From: the human T2T-CHM13v2.0 reference genome, Homo sapiens
DNA length: 64,000 nt
Direction: 5' to 3' (one strand)
Assembly: GCF_009914755.1 (NCBI RefSeq)
Contig: NC_060926.1
Below, in pieces: positions 45,526 through 61,159 of this stretch. Positions within the stretch are counted from its first letter, which is position 1. Each line of letters begins with the position of its first letter. The notes beneath the pieces are model-generated. The model was not told where the DNA came from, did no database searches, and saw only the letters and a program-made list of their open reading frames with translations. The translations under genes and the position numbers were made by a program.

Positions 45526-46004
45526 ATCAAAGGTATATTCCTAGAAATAGAATTACTAGCTCTTAAGATGTATACATCTTCTATTTTATTAGATATTGCC
45601 AGATTGAATCATTTTCCTTCCATCAGAAATGAGTTTCTACTATTCTGTAGCCTCACCAGTACTTGATATTGTCAAACTTATATTTTTGCCAAGCTGATGA
45701 GATGCGACCTGGTATCTCATTGTGGTGAAAAGTCTTTTAATATGCTTATTGGCAATTCAGATTTCTTCCTTTGGGATATCCTTTGTTCGTCTTTTAAGTG
45801 GATTGTTTGTATATTTCTATAGATTTTAAAGCATTCTTTGTGTATTTTGGATACTGATCTTTTGGTAATTACATGTATTACAAATATCTGCACAAAGTCT
45901 GTGGCATATATTCTTATTTTAGTGCCCCTGACATCCAAGAGTTTTGATTTTGATGAAGTTATATTCTACAGTATTTTCTTTTTTAGATTTGAATATATGT
46001 GCCT

Positions 46005-46023
46005 GTGTGCACGTGTGTGTGTT

Positions 46024-46067
<44 letters not shown>

Positions 46068-46072
46068 AGAGA
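46005..46072. repeat. Compound (TG)n(GA)n microsatellite
   Basis: gtgtgtgt...gagagagaga seen directly. Confidence 0.9.
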
Positions 46073-46687
46073 GTTTTAAGAAATCTGGGCCTATCCAAAA
46101 GTCACACATCTTTCTTTACGAATTTTAAAGTTTTCCTGTTTCCTTTTTTGGTCTTTAAATGGGAATTTATTTTTTCTGTAATATGGAGTGAGATAGAGAT
46201 ATTGTCTCCCCCACCCCCCCCACCGTATGGATAATTGGTTGACCTAGCCTCATTTATTGAGAAGGCCATCCTTGCCCATGGATGTCAAGTTTATATCACA
46301 CATGGGCCTGTTGCCAGGCTTTCTGTTTTGGTCAGTCAGCCTCACTGTCCTTGTGCCAGTTCCATACTTTCTTAACTATTACAGTCTTGTGAAATGTCAT
46401 GATAGCCAGTAGGACAAATTCCCCCCTTCCATCTTGTTCTAATTCTTAAAAATTGTCTTGCTTAACCCTGTGTTCTACATACGTTTTTGTAACCTCATTT
46501 AAATAGTTGTATACTGTTTCATTAGGAAACATACCATAATTTAGTTAACAAAAAAACTTCTTTTTAATTAATTGAGAAAGAGAAATGAAGAGAGATTACC
46601 CTGATGAGAGGCAAATTGAGAATTGAAGGTTAGAGAAGCTCTCTCTGAGGAACTGAGATTTAAGTTGAATCATGAAATAGATGAATA

Positions 46688-47431
46688 TACTAGTCCCCCC
46701 TTCTCATTAGGGGATATGTTCCAAGACCTCCCCTAGTAGATGCCTGAAACCTCTGATGGAACTCTGTTGCCGTCAGTCAGAACACGTTTATGTTGGTGTC
46801 TTCCACCCACAAATTTAATGCCTTTTCTGTTTCAACTGAGCACGTAGCACACGCTGTAGCTGTTATTTTTGCAATTTGAGGTGCAAAGCAAAACTAGCAC
46901 AAATTTCTTTTTCCTTCTTCACAATTTCATGGATAGAAGATTTGTTCTTATGTTAGGTCTTAGCAACATCAGCATATTTTTTTTTAATTCCTTATTAAGT
47001 CAAGAACATTTACCTTTTTCCTTAAAGGAAGCACTTTATGGCTTGTCGTTAGTGTATCTGAATTGCCAGCATCACTACTCTTGTGCTTTCCCGAAGCACT
47101 TTATTCAGTAAAATAAGGATTACTTGAAGTCAAGCACTGCTGTACCAAGGCAGTTGATCTGATCACCAAGACAGCGACTAAGTGACTAACGGGTGGGTAG
47201 TGTAGACAGTTATGCTGGACAGAGGGATGAGTCATGTCCTAGGCGGGACAGAGTTGGAAGGTGTGAGAACAATCTCAGAACAGCATGCAATTTAAAACTT
47301 ATGAATTGTTTCTGGAATTTTCCATTTAGTATTTTCAGACCAAACATTGCGTTTTCTTGACCAAGGGTCAGGGTAGGCCAAGGGTAACTGAAATCACAGA
47401 AAGCAAAACCATAGATAAGGGGGGACTACTA
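46688..47431. mobile_element. Tigger-family non-autonomous element (MER44-like)
   Basis: Inverted ends tagtccccccttctc / gataaggggggactacta flanked by TA dinucleotides. Confidence 0.8.
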
Positions 47432-50400
47432 TACATCAAAAGTCTTAAATTTGCATACTTCTTGGCCCAGTAATTAAAATTTTGCTGATACATAGGAATA
47501 TATGCATCCATATGGGCACATTTTATTTTATGGTCCCAGAGAAAGACCTCCAGATAATCAATCTGGCAGTCCTCCAATAAAAAGGCCAGAATGCTGCCTG
47601 ATAACACTACAGTGAAGCTCAGTCGTTGACAACACCCATGTATAAAGGGCTTCAAATTTTCATGTTAGAGATGCATTCTTTAACAGAAATGCACAGCCAG
47701 GAATCATCAGTCTGAGGAAAGCCATCAACATGAAAGACAGAGAGCAAAACAGAGACAATGCAAGGTACAGAAGAATTTTTTTAAAGCTATAATTAATATC
47801 CTTATAAAAATAAGAGAAAATACTGCATTCATGAAACTATGACAATATGTCTGTTGGGCCAACTTCTGTACCTGCCCAAATTATCAATCAAATTTAAAAC
47901 TAGACATTTTCAGACTTTCAAGAACTCAAAAAATTTATATCCTTTTCTCCCTTTCTTAGGATGCTAGTGGAATATATGCTCCAACAAAGCAAGAAGGTAA
48001 AACAAGAAAATAAGTGATTCAATACAGGAAGGGAAGACCTAAAATAATAGCTATATGGCAGACCTAGAAAGCAGTCAATACAATTAAAGCAGTTCTTCCA
48101 TACTGCGTGCTTACTGTTAACTTTATTACTAGATGTTTTATCATTTAGCTGCTATTGTGTAGGAATTCAGTTGTTTATTGGCATATATGAAAGCAAACAC
48201 AGAAGTTAGATTGAGGTAGAATCAGAAGATACATGGGAAAATTTACTCAATAGTTCAACAATCTTTTATCAGAACACTTAAGATGACTTTGGAGAAAAGA
48301 AAAATAGCCAGGACCAGAAGAAATAAAATAAAGCAAGATTTGGCTGGGGAGGGTCAGGTGTGGGCAGAAGCTGGAAGTCAGATTGGATAGGGGTTGGAAC
48401 ACAGGAAGCCATCTTTAGAGGGGTTGTGTGGCAGGATAATGTGATGGTAAGCATGTGGGTTTTTCAGTCAGTGAGGTCTGAGTTTGTATCCTAACTCTGC
48501 TTACAGCTTAATGACCTTTGATAGGTCTCATAACCTTTCGGTGCTTCAGTTTTCTCTTAAATGGGGATGGCATTAATGACCTTATTAAGTAGTTATGGGG
48601 GTGAAATGAGATAATTCATATAAAGCACTTACAGTAGTGCTTGGTCATAATGTTCACGTTATGGTGGGTGATATTATTGTATGTTGTTATATATAATAAA
48701 TAATATGTGGTATGATATATTATTATTTCACTGTGTTATTGTTGTCACATTGTTATTTTAGAATCAGGGAGTCTATAAAGAGTGTCCATGCAAGCAGTAT
48801 AACAGGAACTATTGAATAAGACCCAGGCAAGCAGAGCAAAACAGGAGCTCACTCTCATCTAACAAAACTCAGAGAAATCATGTAGCAGAAATGGATGGGA
48901 GATCCAGAGATTTTTGATTCTGAGACAGCCTTCTTTCCTTGTTCATTGCTTTTTGCAAATCTACGGAGGTAGGAGAAAAATCACCATGGCTTCCTCTGAC
49001 CCTGCAGGTGGATGAAACTTAGAATATTTGATTAGGTTGAAAAATGAATGGGCATGAAGATGCCAGCTGTTTTAGCAGATAGAACTTAAGAGTTTTTAAC
49101 AGTCATTAGAGATTGAACACTGATTGTCTTGAGCGGATACATGCAACAGTTGTTAACAGAGGGGTGAAGAAGCCTCTTAAGATAGATAATGCAGGGAGTT
49201 CTGTCTGAGGATGAAGGGCATAAGCGGTGGGCTGTTGAACTCTGCTAGTGTGGGCAGTGTGTGGGGTCATAGATGTGCAAGAAGTTTGGCTGGAACTTTG
49301 GGTGTTTATCTAGGTACCAGAACATCTGGAAACTCAGTGAACAGTGCATGGTGTTGATATTTTAAGTGTTTTACTGAGGGCAGGATGTCCATCAGGAAGT
49401 ATTCCTTGGGATTGCTAACCAGAAGGAAACACAGGTTCCTCTTACTCCTCATATCCCAGCCCATATTCTTTTCTACCCTGGGTAGTTAGCTGCCTGTCTA
49501 GACTTTTTGTGATCATAATAGTATAATACAGTAATATAAATAATTTTAATTAAACAGTTTATGAGCCTTTTAACATTACAAAGTGCTCTTGCATATGGTG
49601 TTTTATGGCCTTTTGTATTTTGTGCTTAAGATTGTAAGTGGTGGTGTTGGCCTTAACCCAATGAAGTCTGAAATCACTTTGGGAACTTTGGCTAGGCTTC
49701 CAGAGTCTGGGGTAGTAAGTGCCAGGATAAATTGGGGTCTGAGATTTTAGGTGGTTCTGATCTTGGGCTTTTCATGCCCTCCAATGACTTCACTTTAGGG
49801 TGACTTCATTTGGTATGGAGGTTGATGTAGGGGAAGAAGTGAAGGGAGGTAGCCAGTCTAATGTGTAAAGAAAAGTGGGTAGAAAATTCATCTAGTCTAT
49901 TCCTGGCTCCACTTTACATTGTTCAAAGGAAAAAAAAAATCACTTCCACTGTTGTCTTTTGTCCCCTCTATTGTGTACAATTTTTAGATAGTATTTTTGG
50001 ATTAGTTTTTGTTTTATTAGGATGACAAATTTACAAAATGCTTTGAGTTTGGAAGACAGGTGAGGGTTTTTTTTAGTACAGGTTAATATGCATATACATT
50101 TGTTTTAGGGCTCCAAATTAATTATTCTTATACCATCACTCATATGTTAAAAGTCTCCTTATGCTTGCATAGAAATGTAGAACAGCCTCTTTTCAGCTGC
50201 CATGTTACTTGAATAGTTTTATTTTTTGGTGCCGTGTTGCTTGAGAATTAATTTTGTAATCTTCCATCTCAGGGCCACATTTCCTCAGTAATTTGGTTAT
50301 CTTTCTAATGGCATGTTATGAAAGTTAAGTTTATCCCACTGACCTTGCTTCTCTTGACTTTTTGAAAAATACATCTTTTTTTTTTTTGTTTTCCGAGAAG

Positions 50401-50634
50401 ATTTTTTATCTCAACCTTTGCTCTTGCCAATTTATTGATAACAAACCTTGAATCAAGTGGAAGTTTTGGAGAGCATTTTGATGTTCCGCTTTTAAGTAGG
50501 TGTAATGCCCTCAGAATGATTTTTTTTCATCTGTGGACTCCTGAATTTTTCATTTAAAAAACATTATTTTAAAATTTTTGTGATTCAGTAATTAACATGT
50601 TGGGTCAATTTTGGGCTTGGCACATTATGTTTTA

Positions 50635-52680
50635 TAATGTGGTAAAATATACATAACATAAATTTACAATTTTCATTATTTTTAAGTGTACACATCTTTG
50701 GCATTAAGTACATCACAAATGTGGCATTTGGAGACGTATATCTCCAAAACTTTTTTCATCTTGCAAGCTGAAACTCTCTACCATTAAACAACAACTTCCA
50801 TTTCTCTTTTCCCCCAGCTACTGGCAGCCACCATTCTGGTATCTGTCTCTGAATGTGACTACTTTAGGTACCTCACTTGATGTAAGTGAGTCATGCAGTA
50901 TTTACCCTTTTGTGACTGGCTTTCTTCACTTAGCATAATATCTTCAAGGTTCATCCGTGTTGTAGTGTCAGAATTTACTTTTAAAGGCTAGATAGTATTT
51001 CAATGTATGTATATATCACACTTTGTTTATCCATTCATCTATTGATAGACACTTGGGTTGCTTCTATCTTTGGCTACTGTGAATAATGCTATTAATATGG
51101 GTGTACAAATACCTGTTTAAAGTCCCTGTTTTCAGTTTTTTGCGTATATACCCAGAAGTAGAATTGCTAGATCATATGATAATTCTGTTTAATTTTTTGA
51201 GGAACCGCTATACTGTTTTCTTTCTGTTTTTAAAAATAATTTCAACTTTTATTTTAGATTCAGTGGATACATATGCAAGTTTGTTACAAGGGTATATTGT
51301 GTGATGCTGAGGTTTGGGGTAGAATTGAACCTGTCACATGGGTAGTGAGTATAGTACTCAATAGGTAGGTTCTCTTTTTTTAAAAACAATTTTTTTTTTT
51401 GAGCTATGGTCTCACGGGTCTCACTCTGTCATCCAGTTTGGAGTGCAGTGATATGACCACAGCTCACTGCAGCCTCAACCTCCTGCGCTCAAGCAGTCCT
51501 CTCACATCAAGTCTCCTGAGTAGCTGGGACTAAAGCACATACTACCACACCTGGCTAATTTTTTGTATTTTTTTTCGAAATGGGGTTGCGCCATGTTGCC
51601 CAGGCTGGTCTCGAACTCTTGGACTCAAGCCATCCACCCACCTTGGCCTCTCAAAGTGCTGGATTACAGGCGTGAGCCTCTGTGCTCGGCCCCAGTAGGT
51701 AGTTTTTCAACCCTTGGCTCCCTCCTTTCCTCCCCTCTCTTGGAGTCCCTAGTGTCTATTGTTCCCATGTTTAGGTCCATGTCTACCCAGTGTTTAGCTT
51801 CCACTTATAAGTGAGAACATGCAGTATTTGATTTTTTGTTTCTGTGTTAATTCACTTAGGATAATGGCCTGCAGCTGCATCTATGTTGCTGCAAAGGATG
51901 TGATTTCCTTCTTTTTTTATGGCTGTGTGCTATACTGTTGTCCACAGAGGCTGCACTGTTTTATATTCCCACCAGCAAGACACAAGGGTTTTAATTTCTC
52001 CACATCCTCCTCAACACCAACACTTATTACTTTCTGTTTTTCTTTGTTTTTGTTTTTGTTTTCATAGTAGTAATCCTAATGGGTGTGTAGTGGTATCTCA
52101 CAGTGGTTTTGGTTTGTATTTCCCTAATGTTTACTGATGTTCAGCATCTTTTCTTTATTATTATTGTTATTATTTTTTTTGAGACAGAGTCTCACTCTGT
52201 CACCCAGGCTGGAGTGCAGTGGGGCAATCACAGCTCACTGTGCAGCCTCCACCTCCTGGGCTCAAGCAATCCTCCCACCTCAGCCTCTTGAGTAGCTGGG
52301 ACCACAGGCATGTGCCACCATACCTGGGTGATTTGTTTATTTTTTGTAGAGATAGGGTCTTGCTATGTCACCCAGATTGATCTCGAACTCCTGGGCTCAA
52401 GCAGTCCTCCCACTTTGGCCTCTTAAAGTGCTGGGATTACAGGCTTGAGCATCTTTTCATGTACTTCTTGGCCATTTATATATCTTCTTTGGAGAAATGT
52501 CTATTCAAGTCTTTTGCCCATTAAAAAAGTTTTTTTTTGGTATTCATTGTATGATTTCTTTTTGGGTTCTGAATATCAGTTCCGTCTCAGATAGATGTAT
52601 GATTTGCAAGTATCCCATCCCATTCCATAGGTTGCCTTTTTACTCTGTTGATAATGTCTTTTAATGCGCAAAAGTTTCAC
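50635..52680 (-). mobile_element. L1MB-like element with nested L1PA15/16-like 3' end (51218-51928) and two AluJ (51388-51692; 52160-52450)
   Basis: Antisense L1 motifs; the inner L1 is bracketed by TSD gctatactgtt at 51207-51217 and 51929-51939. Confidence 0.82.
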
Positions 52681-53971
52681 TTGACAAAATTTGAGGTACT
52701 TCTTGTATGTTCTCCAGTTGGTTAAATTTCTCTAGCCTGCCCCTCTGTTAGCATCATCTTTCTGTGCTTTCTTCCCTAGAAAGGTCAGAAAAGGCTCTGG
52801 TGAAATTGAGCCAGACCTTTGTATCACTAGTATCTCCTTCTGTGGCAAAGGACACCCATTTACCAATGCACCTGCTTCTCCCATAGTAGAAGCCTTTTGA
52901 CTGAGAATTAGAGACTTATAAAATATCACTCATTGTTATGATTATGGTAGTAGTGTATAGGACATGCTATGACATTGGTTAACATAAGCAGCTCTATATT
53001 GGCAGGAAGGACAGTAATATAACAATAGCTGTTATCATTAATAATTTTTCATTGTAATGTAAGTGCTTTGAAACGTTTTGTTGCATATAATCCTTCTAAT
53101 AATCCCTTAAGGCAGATGAGGTAACTGAAACTCAAGTAAGTTGCGTGACTTGTTCAGGGTTGCATAGCTAAGCCATTCCATCTATAACAGTTCTCCCTTG
53201 TTCTTTTCTGTATCAGAATCTGTCCTATTGCCAATTTCAAGCTTTTATTTATTGTTTGTTTGTTAGGCCTGTCTCCCTTAGTAGAGGAGACAAGGCCATT
53301 ATCTGGCATAACAGCTGTGTCTCCACCACCTAGCATAGGACCTGGCACAATAAGTATAAAACTGTGGATCTGACAGTAATGTCATGGTTCCAGGTTCAGG
53401 GGTGTATCACAGTTGTCTCCTAGGTTGAAAAAAGTCATTAGAAAGCATCAGAGAAACAAAAAAGGTTAGTTGTTGCTACTTCCCTCCCCTAAACATTAAA
53501 GGTTTAAACTAATTGATTTTTAAATTTAAAAACTTTTTATTGAGGTATAGTATACATTCAGAAAAGTACACTGAATCATAAGTAAGTATATAATGCATTG
53601 AATTTTCACAAGCTGAACAGACTTGTGTAACTAGCACCCAAAACCCAGAACATTATCAGCACCTTGTACGTCCTCTTTGTGCTCCCATCTAGTCACTGAC
53701 CCCTCTTCCCATGAAAGGATAACTGCTATCCTGACTTCTAACAAAATAGGTTAATATACTTTTAAAAATATATATATAAATGGAATTTATACTGCACAAA
53801 ATGGCATTTTGTGTGAGGCTTCGTTTGTTCAGCGTTATGTTTGTGATATTCTATATTGTTGCAGATAGTTGTAGATCACCCATTTTTCTGGCTGAGCAAT
53901 GAGAGTTCCATTGTGTAACATGCCACGGTTTATCTACTGTACTTTTGAAGGGCATTTGGGTAGTTCCTAAT

Positions 53972-54346
53972 TGATATGGTTTGGGTGTGTTTCCACCCAA
54001 ATCTCTTCTTGAATTGTAGTTTCCATAATCCCCACCTGTCATGGGAGGGACCCGGTGGAAGGTAATTGAATCCTGGGGGTGGTTACCCCCGTGCTGCTGT
54101 TCTTGTGATAGTGAGTTCTCACACAATCTGATGATTTTATAAGGGGCTTTTCCCCCTTTTGCTCGGTACTTCTCCTTGCTGCCACCACGTGAAGAAGGAT
54201 GTGTTTGTTTCCCCTTCTGCTGTGATTGTAAGTTCCTTGAGGCCTCCCCAGCCATGCTGAACTGTGAGTCAATTAAACCTCTTTCTTTTGTAAACTACCC
54301 AGTCTTGGACATGTCTTTATTAGTAGTGTGGGAACAGACTAATACA
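53972..54346 (+). mobile_element. THE1 (THE1C/D-like) solo LTR inserted in an old L1M
   Basis: tgatatggtttgg...acagactaataca; TSD ctaat/ctagt. Confidence 0.9.
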
Positions 54347-57300
54347 CTAGTATTATGAATAGTGCCATTTTGAATAGTGCCATTGTGAACATTCTATTAC
54401 ATGTCTTTTTGCAAATGTATAATATGTATACATGTTTGAACCCTCTGGATTTTAAGTTAAGAACTATTCATAAATAGAATAAATATTTTAAAATTCTTTC
54501 AGTTCCATATTGTATGTAAGCAAAGGAGAAGGTTAGGGAGGGAAGAAAGAAAGGGGTGGATTTGAAGGGAAAGAAGGAAGACAGAGAAAGGACAATAAGG
54601 TAGGAAGAGGAAATCAGGGGAGAAGAAAAGATTATAGAAAAGGAAGGGTAGAGAAAAATGGAGGCAAGCGTGCAGCTGTGGGCTCCTAAATAAAATGAGA
54701 TACTGAAACTAAATCCTTATCACAATCTTGAGCATGGACTTCAAGGTATCATTACTTCTTGAAATGCAAATCTCTCTTCAAGCCTCATCAGTTCCTCTCA
54801 GAAGCTGTCTGACCTGTAGTTCATCCATTTCTCTCTCTCAGTACTGTCAGCACTCCATCTCTTTTCCTAACCAGTCCTAACTAGACTCTTCATAACTGTT
54901 CTAGATCTGATCTGTTTTCCACTAGCAGCCATTTATATGATTTGAAACAAATCTAATAATAAAAAATAAAAACCAGATCATGTTGAGATAGAATAGGAAT
55001 AGGACGTGCCTCCTCCAAGTATTTTTCCTTTTCTTCTTCTTTTCACAAAACCTACACCACTACTTTGCCTACACTATACCCACTAACCCCCAAGCTTTTA
55101 GCCACTCAAAGAAAAGAGCCATTCTTCTGTGCTGTCACATTGTTTAACCATGCCTAATTCCAGAAACTGGCCTTAGGAGATACAAACATTGAACCAAGGT
55201 TGTGGAGTCTCAGTCTCCCACCTTGGGAAAGAATGCTGAACAATTACTAGGGTATGGAAAGGGAATACAATTTCATTGTTGGAACTGGGGCAGAAATTAA
55301 ACACATATAGTTATTTTAAGTCTGTCACTGATTTGCTTTTTGACCTACATTCGCAGACTCCTTATTCTTTTTTTTTTTCCATTATTAAAGTTATTGAGGA
55401 TTTGGAAGCTTGAATGACTTTGCAAATCTTAACTAAAACTAGTGATATAATTCTTGGCATTGTGGCATAATTTCTTACAGCACAGCACAATGTATTTAAT
55501 TTTTAAAGAATAGTATTTATCATGTTTTTGCATCATAAAAGTATCTTTTGGAATTGTCATTGGCAGGTTTTTATAAATATGTTTATTATATCTATCTTTG
55601 TATGTATTTACTTAAGAAATTAAAAGAGTATGTAAGTCAGAAAAGGATTCTGAGAACCAATATAGTTCAAATGGAAGATTGGAATTATAGGTAGATTGGC
55701 AGGAATTCAGGACGCGAGAGACCATTACTTTAGATGGTCTCTTTAGAAGGCCTGGGATTTAAAACTGAGCCATACTACCTTTAGAAGTTCCAAAGGATAG
55801 ACTGCCACAGATTATGCCAGCAGTCATGTTGCAAGATTGGATGACCCCTTCAAACTGGCTTGTCAAATTTATTAATATCTTCTTGCAAGGAATGAATCCA
55901 AGAATATGTTGGAGCTACATCTGGATGGAAATGAAATAGTGTTACAGGTTCTGAGCAGTCAGACAGATAACCTGATGATAAATTTTGGGCAGTGAACTAT
56001 ATTGATGTTGCTGTCAACTTAGTAGAGATATCAAAAGAACACTTGGAAAGAAATAAATTAATGTTTGTTACTGTTGTGGGAAAACCAAGATGAATAGGGA
56101 GATTAGAAGACATCAAAGTAAAGCAGCTTATCTTCATATCCAAGGACCTTCAGCATCTAAAGATTCTTCAGAAAAGTGTTTTTCAAACTCTTTGATGGAA
56201 GAACAGATTAAAAAAAATGTAGCTGGTCACCAGCTGATACTTTTGTAAAATATAAAAATGAATTGCTAGAAGAGTGAAATGAAAAAGACATGAAATACAA
56301 GGCTTGACTCTTTTATTAGTAGATTCATCAGATTTATTCTTACACATTGCTGTAAAAGTTTTAAAATTCTTATCTCATTTTCTGTACTTTTCTTATTATG
56401 GATTAGTAATAATTTACAGACCAGAACTGGTCCATGGACCTGCTCTCTTTGAATAGCACGATTCTAGAAAGATTTCTGCATTCTAACAGTCCAGGAGTTG
56501 GCCTTCTTAAGAATTCTATCTCAGAGGGGCAACAGTAGTATGTTATTGATAAGTAATTCCTAACTACATGTTAGATAATTGGAGATACTGTTTTTTAAAA
56601 CAAGTATGGTAGATGGTTATACAAATAAAAACTATTCTGAAGATAACTCAAATTTTCAGTTAGTTGGATCAGTAAAAAATCAGAGGACATTGTTACTTTG
56701 TCCATGCTTTACATATATATACACACACCAAAGAATGGCTTTTGGGTAAGGAGAGAATTTACACGTATATTTTATACGTATAAAATGCACATAAAATCTA
56801 CACACACCAAAGAATGGCTTTTGGGCAAGGAGAGAATGTTTATAATACAATCTTCTTTTGTAAACACTCTTATTTCTGTACATTTTAAAGATCACCTTTT
56901 TTTGATGTTTGCTTCTTAAAGCTGTAATGTAGTTATATTTTCTAAGTTGAACGTCTTAAACACTATGCCAGTGATTTGGGTAACACTTCAGTTTTTCTCT
57001 AATTGTAACTGATGAAGATTTTTAATGACTATGATAGGCACATTGCCAATTTTTGTTACATTCTCTTGTTACAAGAAAATATCATTTACCATTTCAACTT
57101 TGTTTCATGTGGTTCATGGTAGAATTCATTTCTTATTAAAAACTTAATAAAGAACTAGTGTTAGCTTTAGTAGTCATATTAAAGTATAACATTGTTTTAA
57201 TCTACACCAGAATTATAGAATTTCAGGAATGGAAAGCATTACACTCTAATGTTAACCATATGATCTATGAACCCCTTCTAATGCTTCTCTGCCAAGTGAC

Positions 57301-58000
57301 TGTTCAGGCTGTCTGTAAGTATCTCTAGTCATGTGGAAGCTCCATGAGTCCCAACACAGCTCCCTGGGCAGCTAATACTGTTACATAGTGCTTTTCTACA
57401 TTGACCTGAAACCCTTTGCCTTGCCACTTCTAGCTCTTGTCACAATATAGAACAAGCTTAATTGATCCTGCATGTTAGTGAAGATAGCTATCATGTTTGA
57501 TAGTTCTTTCTTCTGTAGGCTAACATGTAGCCTTTGCTTCTATCATGGATTTGTGTCCTTCCCTGTCTTTTTTGGCTTCTTCTGAATGTGATCCAGTTAG
57601 TCTCTATACTTCTTAAAGTGTAACACCTAGAACTGAATGAAGTGTTCAAGGAATAGTTTTGACCAAGTGTAGGGTTGAGTATTTTTATCTTCATTTTCCA
57701 GGAAGCTACCTTCTGTGAGATTGTACTGGACAGAGCTGTGGGTTACAAACCACTGATAGCTGTGACCTTTAGGTGTGTTATGAAATCATTTTAGAGGGCC
57801 TTGATTTACATAAAAAACAGAAGAGAATGGAACAAAAGTACACGTCATGTAATAAAGCTAAGTATCATTGCTTAACAATTTTGTTTTCAATTTATATATG
57901 AACACGTACACAGATATATGTACACATATGCATATATAATATTACTCTGTACAGATATCTCTACTGATGGTGATATAAAATGGTGATATAAAAATTTCTT

Positions 58001-58337
<337 letters not shown>

Positions 58338-60396
58338 TATTATGTGTCAAAAAAGTTTGAAAGCCTCTGGCCTAGACTAGATGCTTCCTGTCCTTGTTTC
58401 TCTGATGGCTCTGTCTAGTCTCTGCTTGCTCTGCAGCCAATTTACATGCCCCATCTTGATATTCTTCTCTTTGTTTCCCTGTAAATTTCTGCTGTGTAAC
58501 ATGAGAGGCATGATGGGCTCCATTAGATTTGCTTTAGGACACTGGAAAATTATTTTACTGCTCTGATTAAGTCTTTTCATGGTTGGACCCCCATGAGAAT
58601 TTTTGTCTGTGGAATGAAGAAATGAAGTAGCCCGGTGAAGAGGTGAGGAGGTCAATTGAGGTTTTTAGCTCAGAAAATTATTGCCCCAGTGAAGTAAAGG
58701 GTTTAAGGAAAATAGTGTTTGAGATAGACTCTCCTCCTCCTTATTTTTTGGTTTTGCAATTTGTACTTTTGAATACTCGTGACAGCAAGTGCTCTCTGTG
58801 TGCCAGGAACTGTTCTAAATACTTTATTTATGTGCACCAAGTCAGTGGATCCTCATAACAGCTCTCTGGAGCATGACTGTTATCCTTATTTTACAAATGA
58901 GAACACTGAAGACGAGAGAGATTATTTAACTTGCACAAGGCTTTAGAATTTATAGTGTATAACAGTAGCATCTCAAGCAGCAATCTAAGAACGAAATCCT
59001 TTCAAACTACCTAACAACCAAAAATACGTGGATGGCACACTTATCCCATTACCCTGTAGTTCCAGATATGCTCATATAGCAGATGCTAAGTCTTTTCATA
59101 ATCATTTAAATATAAGAATTTGAAGATATAAAAAACGTTTTTTTCTATCTTTAGAAAGCACTTTTCAGTAACAGGAAAGGGAATCCTTTAATGACACTTC
59201 AGAATCTATTAATTCTTCCTTTTCCTTTCTTCCCCACTCTTCTTTATCTAATTCTCTATTTTTGGCTCTACCCTGTCATCAGTTTCCTACTACAATTCTC
59301 TCTCTCTACTTTTTCATTTTCTTTTTGTTTCTTCTCCCCATCTCCCTATCTCCCCATCTCCACTGGTTTTCCATCTATTCTTTCCTTTACTCTGCTTTTG
59401 TGCTTTCCATATTCATTCAAATTTATTTTTTTAGATAGGTTAAGCATGTACTGAGCACCAAGTAAGTGTGAGGCATTGTTGAGATACAAACATAAATAAA
59501 GCATGTAGCATGAGAGCTAATCAGGGTGAGATCAAAGCTCTGCTAGTACATTCCCTTGAGAATCAGAGCTATTGGAGCATGCCAAGGTAAATACTCCTTA
59601 GGCCTTCCCTATATGGATCAGGAATGTCTATGGGATTTAGATAAATAGTATGCAAATAATATAAAATATGAGCCCCAGAGTTCAGAGAATAGGCAGCATT
59701 TAGGACATGTTTTGGATCAAGGCATAAAAACAGTGGCCTAAAAAGTTTACAGGAATATTTTCATTGGAAAATTAGTAGTGTTTAGTATAAAAATTACTTC
59801 TTATAAAATAACACTGTACATTGAATGTATGAAAATGGTATTTAAGTTGGCCTTGGCCCTGGGGATCTCTTATATAACATTTACTAATATGAGTAATAAT
59901 TACCAGCATTCCCACAGTTGAAATAGCAAACAGTCCAGGACATTTCTGTAACTTGTTTGACCTTGTCCACTCCAGCTCTACCTTGCTCACTTGCAGTATT
60001 TATGAAATAGCTTTCAGGTACTTCCTGTGTGCCAGCAGGTATGCTGCTGGACACTGAGGGATCCAGGGTTTAATGCATTCTCTTTCTTCTTAGAGTTTTC
60101 AGTCTAGCAGTGCCTGTCTCTTAGGTTTTGCCCTTACTTAAAGACAATTGCCCATAACTATTTCTCCTTCCCCTCACTTGGCCAGATCCTATGCATTCTT
60201 AGAGGCCAGTTGTATTCCAGTGAACCTTCCTTGGTTACCCAAGCTAAAAGTGGTTTCTCTGCTCTCTTCGCTCCTATTGTGTTTATTTTCTTTAACCACT
60301 AATTTGGCAATTAATCATGTTAATTGCTTTGTGACTTGTATCTATTGTTGTCTTGACTTGTTATTTAAATTGTGTTGTGTGACTTTCATAGTTTGA

Positions 60397-60772
<376 letters not shown>

Positions 60773-60799
60773 CAAAGTGTTTTTTTAAATTATGCACCC

Positions 60800-61159
60800 T
60801 GTCTTAGTCAGTTTGGGTTGCCATAACAAAATACCTTAGACTTGGTAATTTATAAACAGCAGAAGTTTATTGCTCACAGTTCTGATGGCTAGAAAGTCCA
60901 GGATCATGGCTCTGGTAGATTGTGTCTGGTGAGGGCCCGTTCCTCATAGATGATGCCTTCTCTGTGTCCTTGCATGGCAGAAGGGAAAAGGGGCAGACGA
61001 GCTCCCTCAGGCCTCTTTTATAAGGACGCTAATCCTATTTATGAGGCCTCCGTTTTATGACCTAGTCAGCTCTCAAAGGCCCTACCTCTTAATACCAACA
61101 CATTGGGGATTAGATTCCAATAAGAATTTTGAGGGGCCACTAACATTCAGTCTATAGCA
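60800..61159 (-). mobile_element. MaLR solo LTR (MST/MLT1A-like)
   Basis: tgtcttagtc...ctatagca; TSD caccc at 60795-60799 and 61160-61164. Confidence 0.85.

Noticed and set aside
54525-54665. Polypurine tract (and polypyrimidine tract ~59210-59400) as H-DNA elements
   Set aside because: Low-complexity sequence without clear mirror symmetry; common in introns.
54980-55250. Possible ERV1 LTR fragment
   Set aside because: Some LTR-like motifs, but I could not identify the termini, TSD or family with confidence.
56720-56837. Repeat-spacer-repeat with CRISPR-like dimensions
   Set aside because: Only two repeats, in a human intron, with no cas genes; a local duplication explains it.
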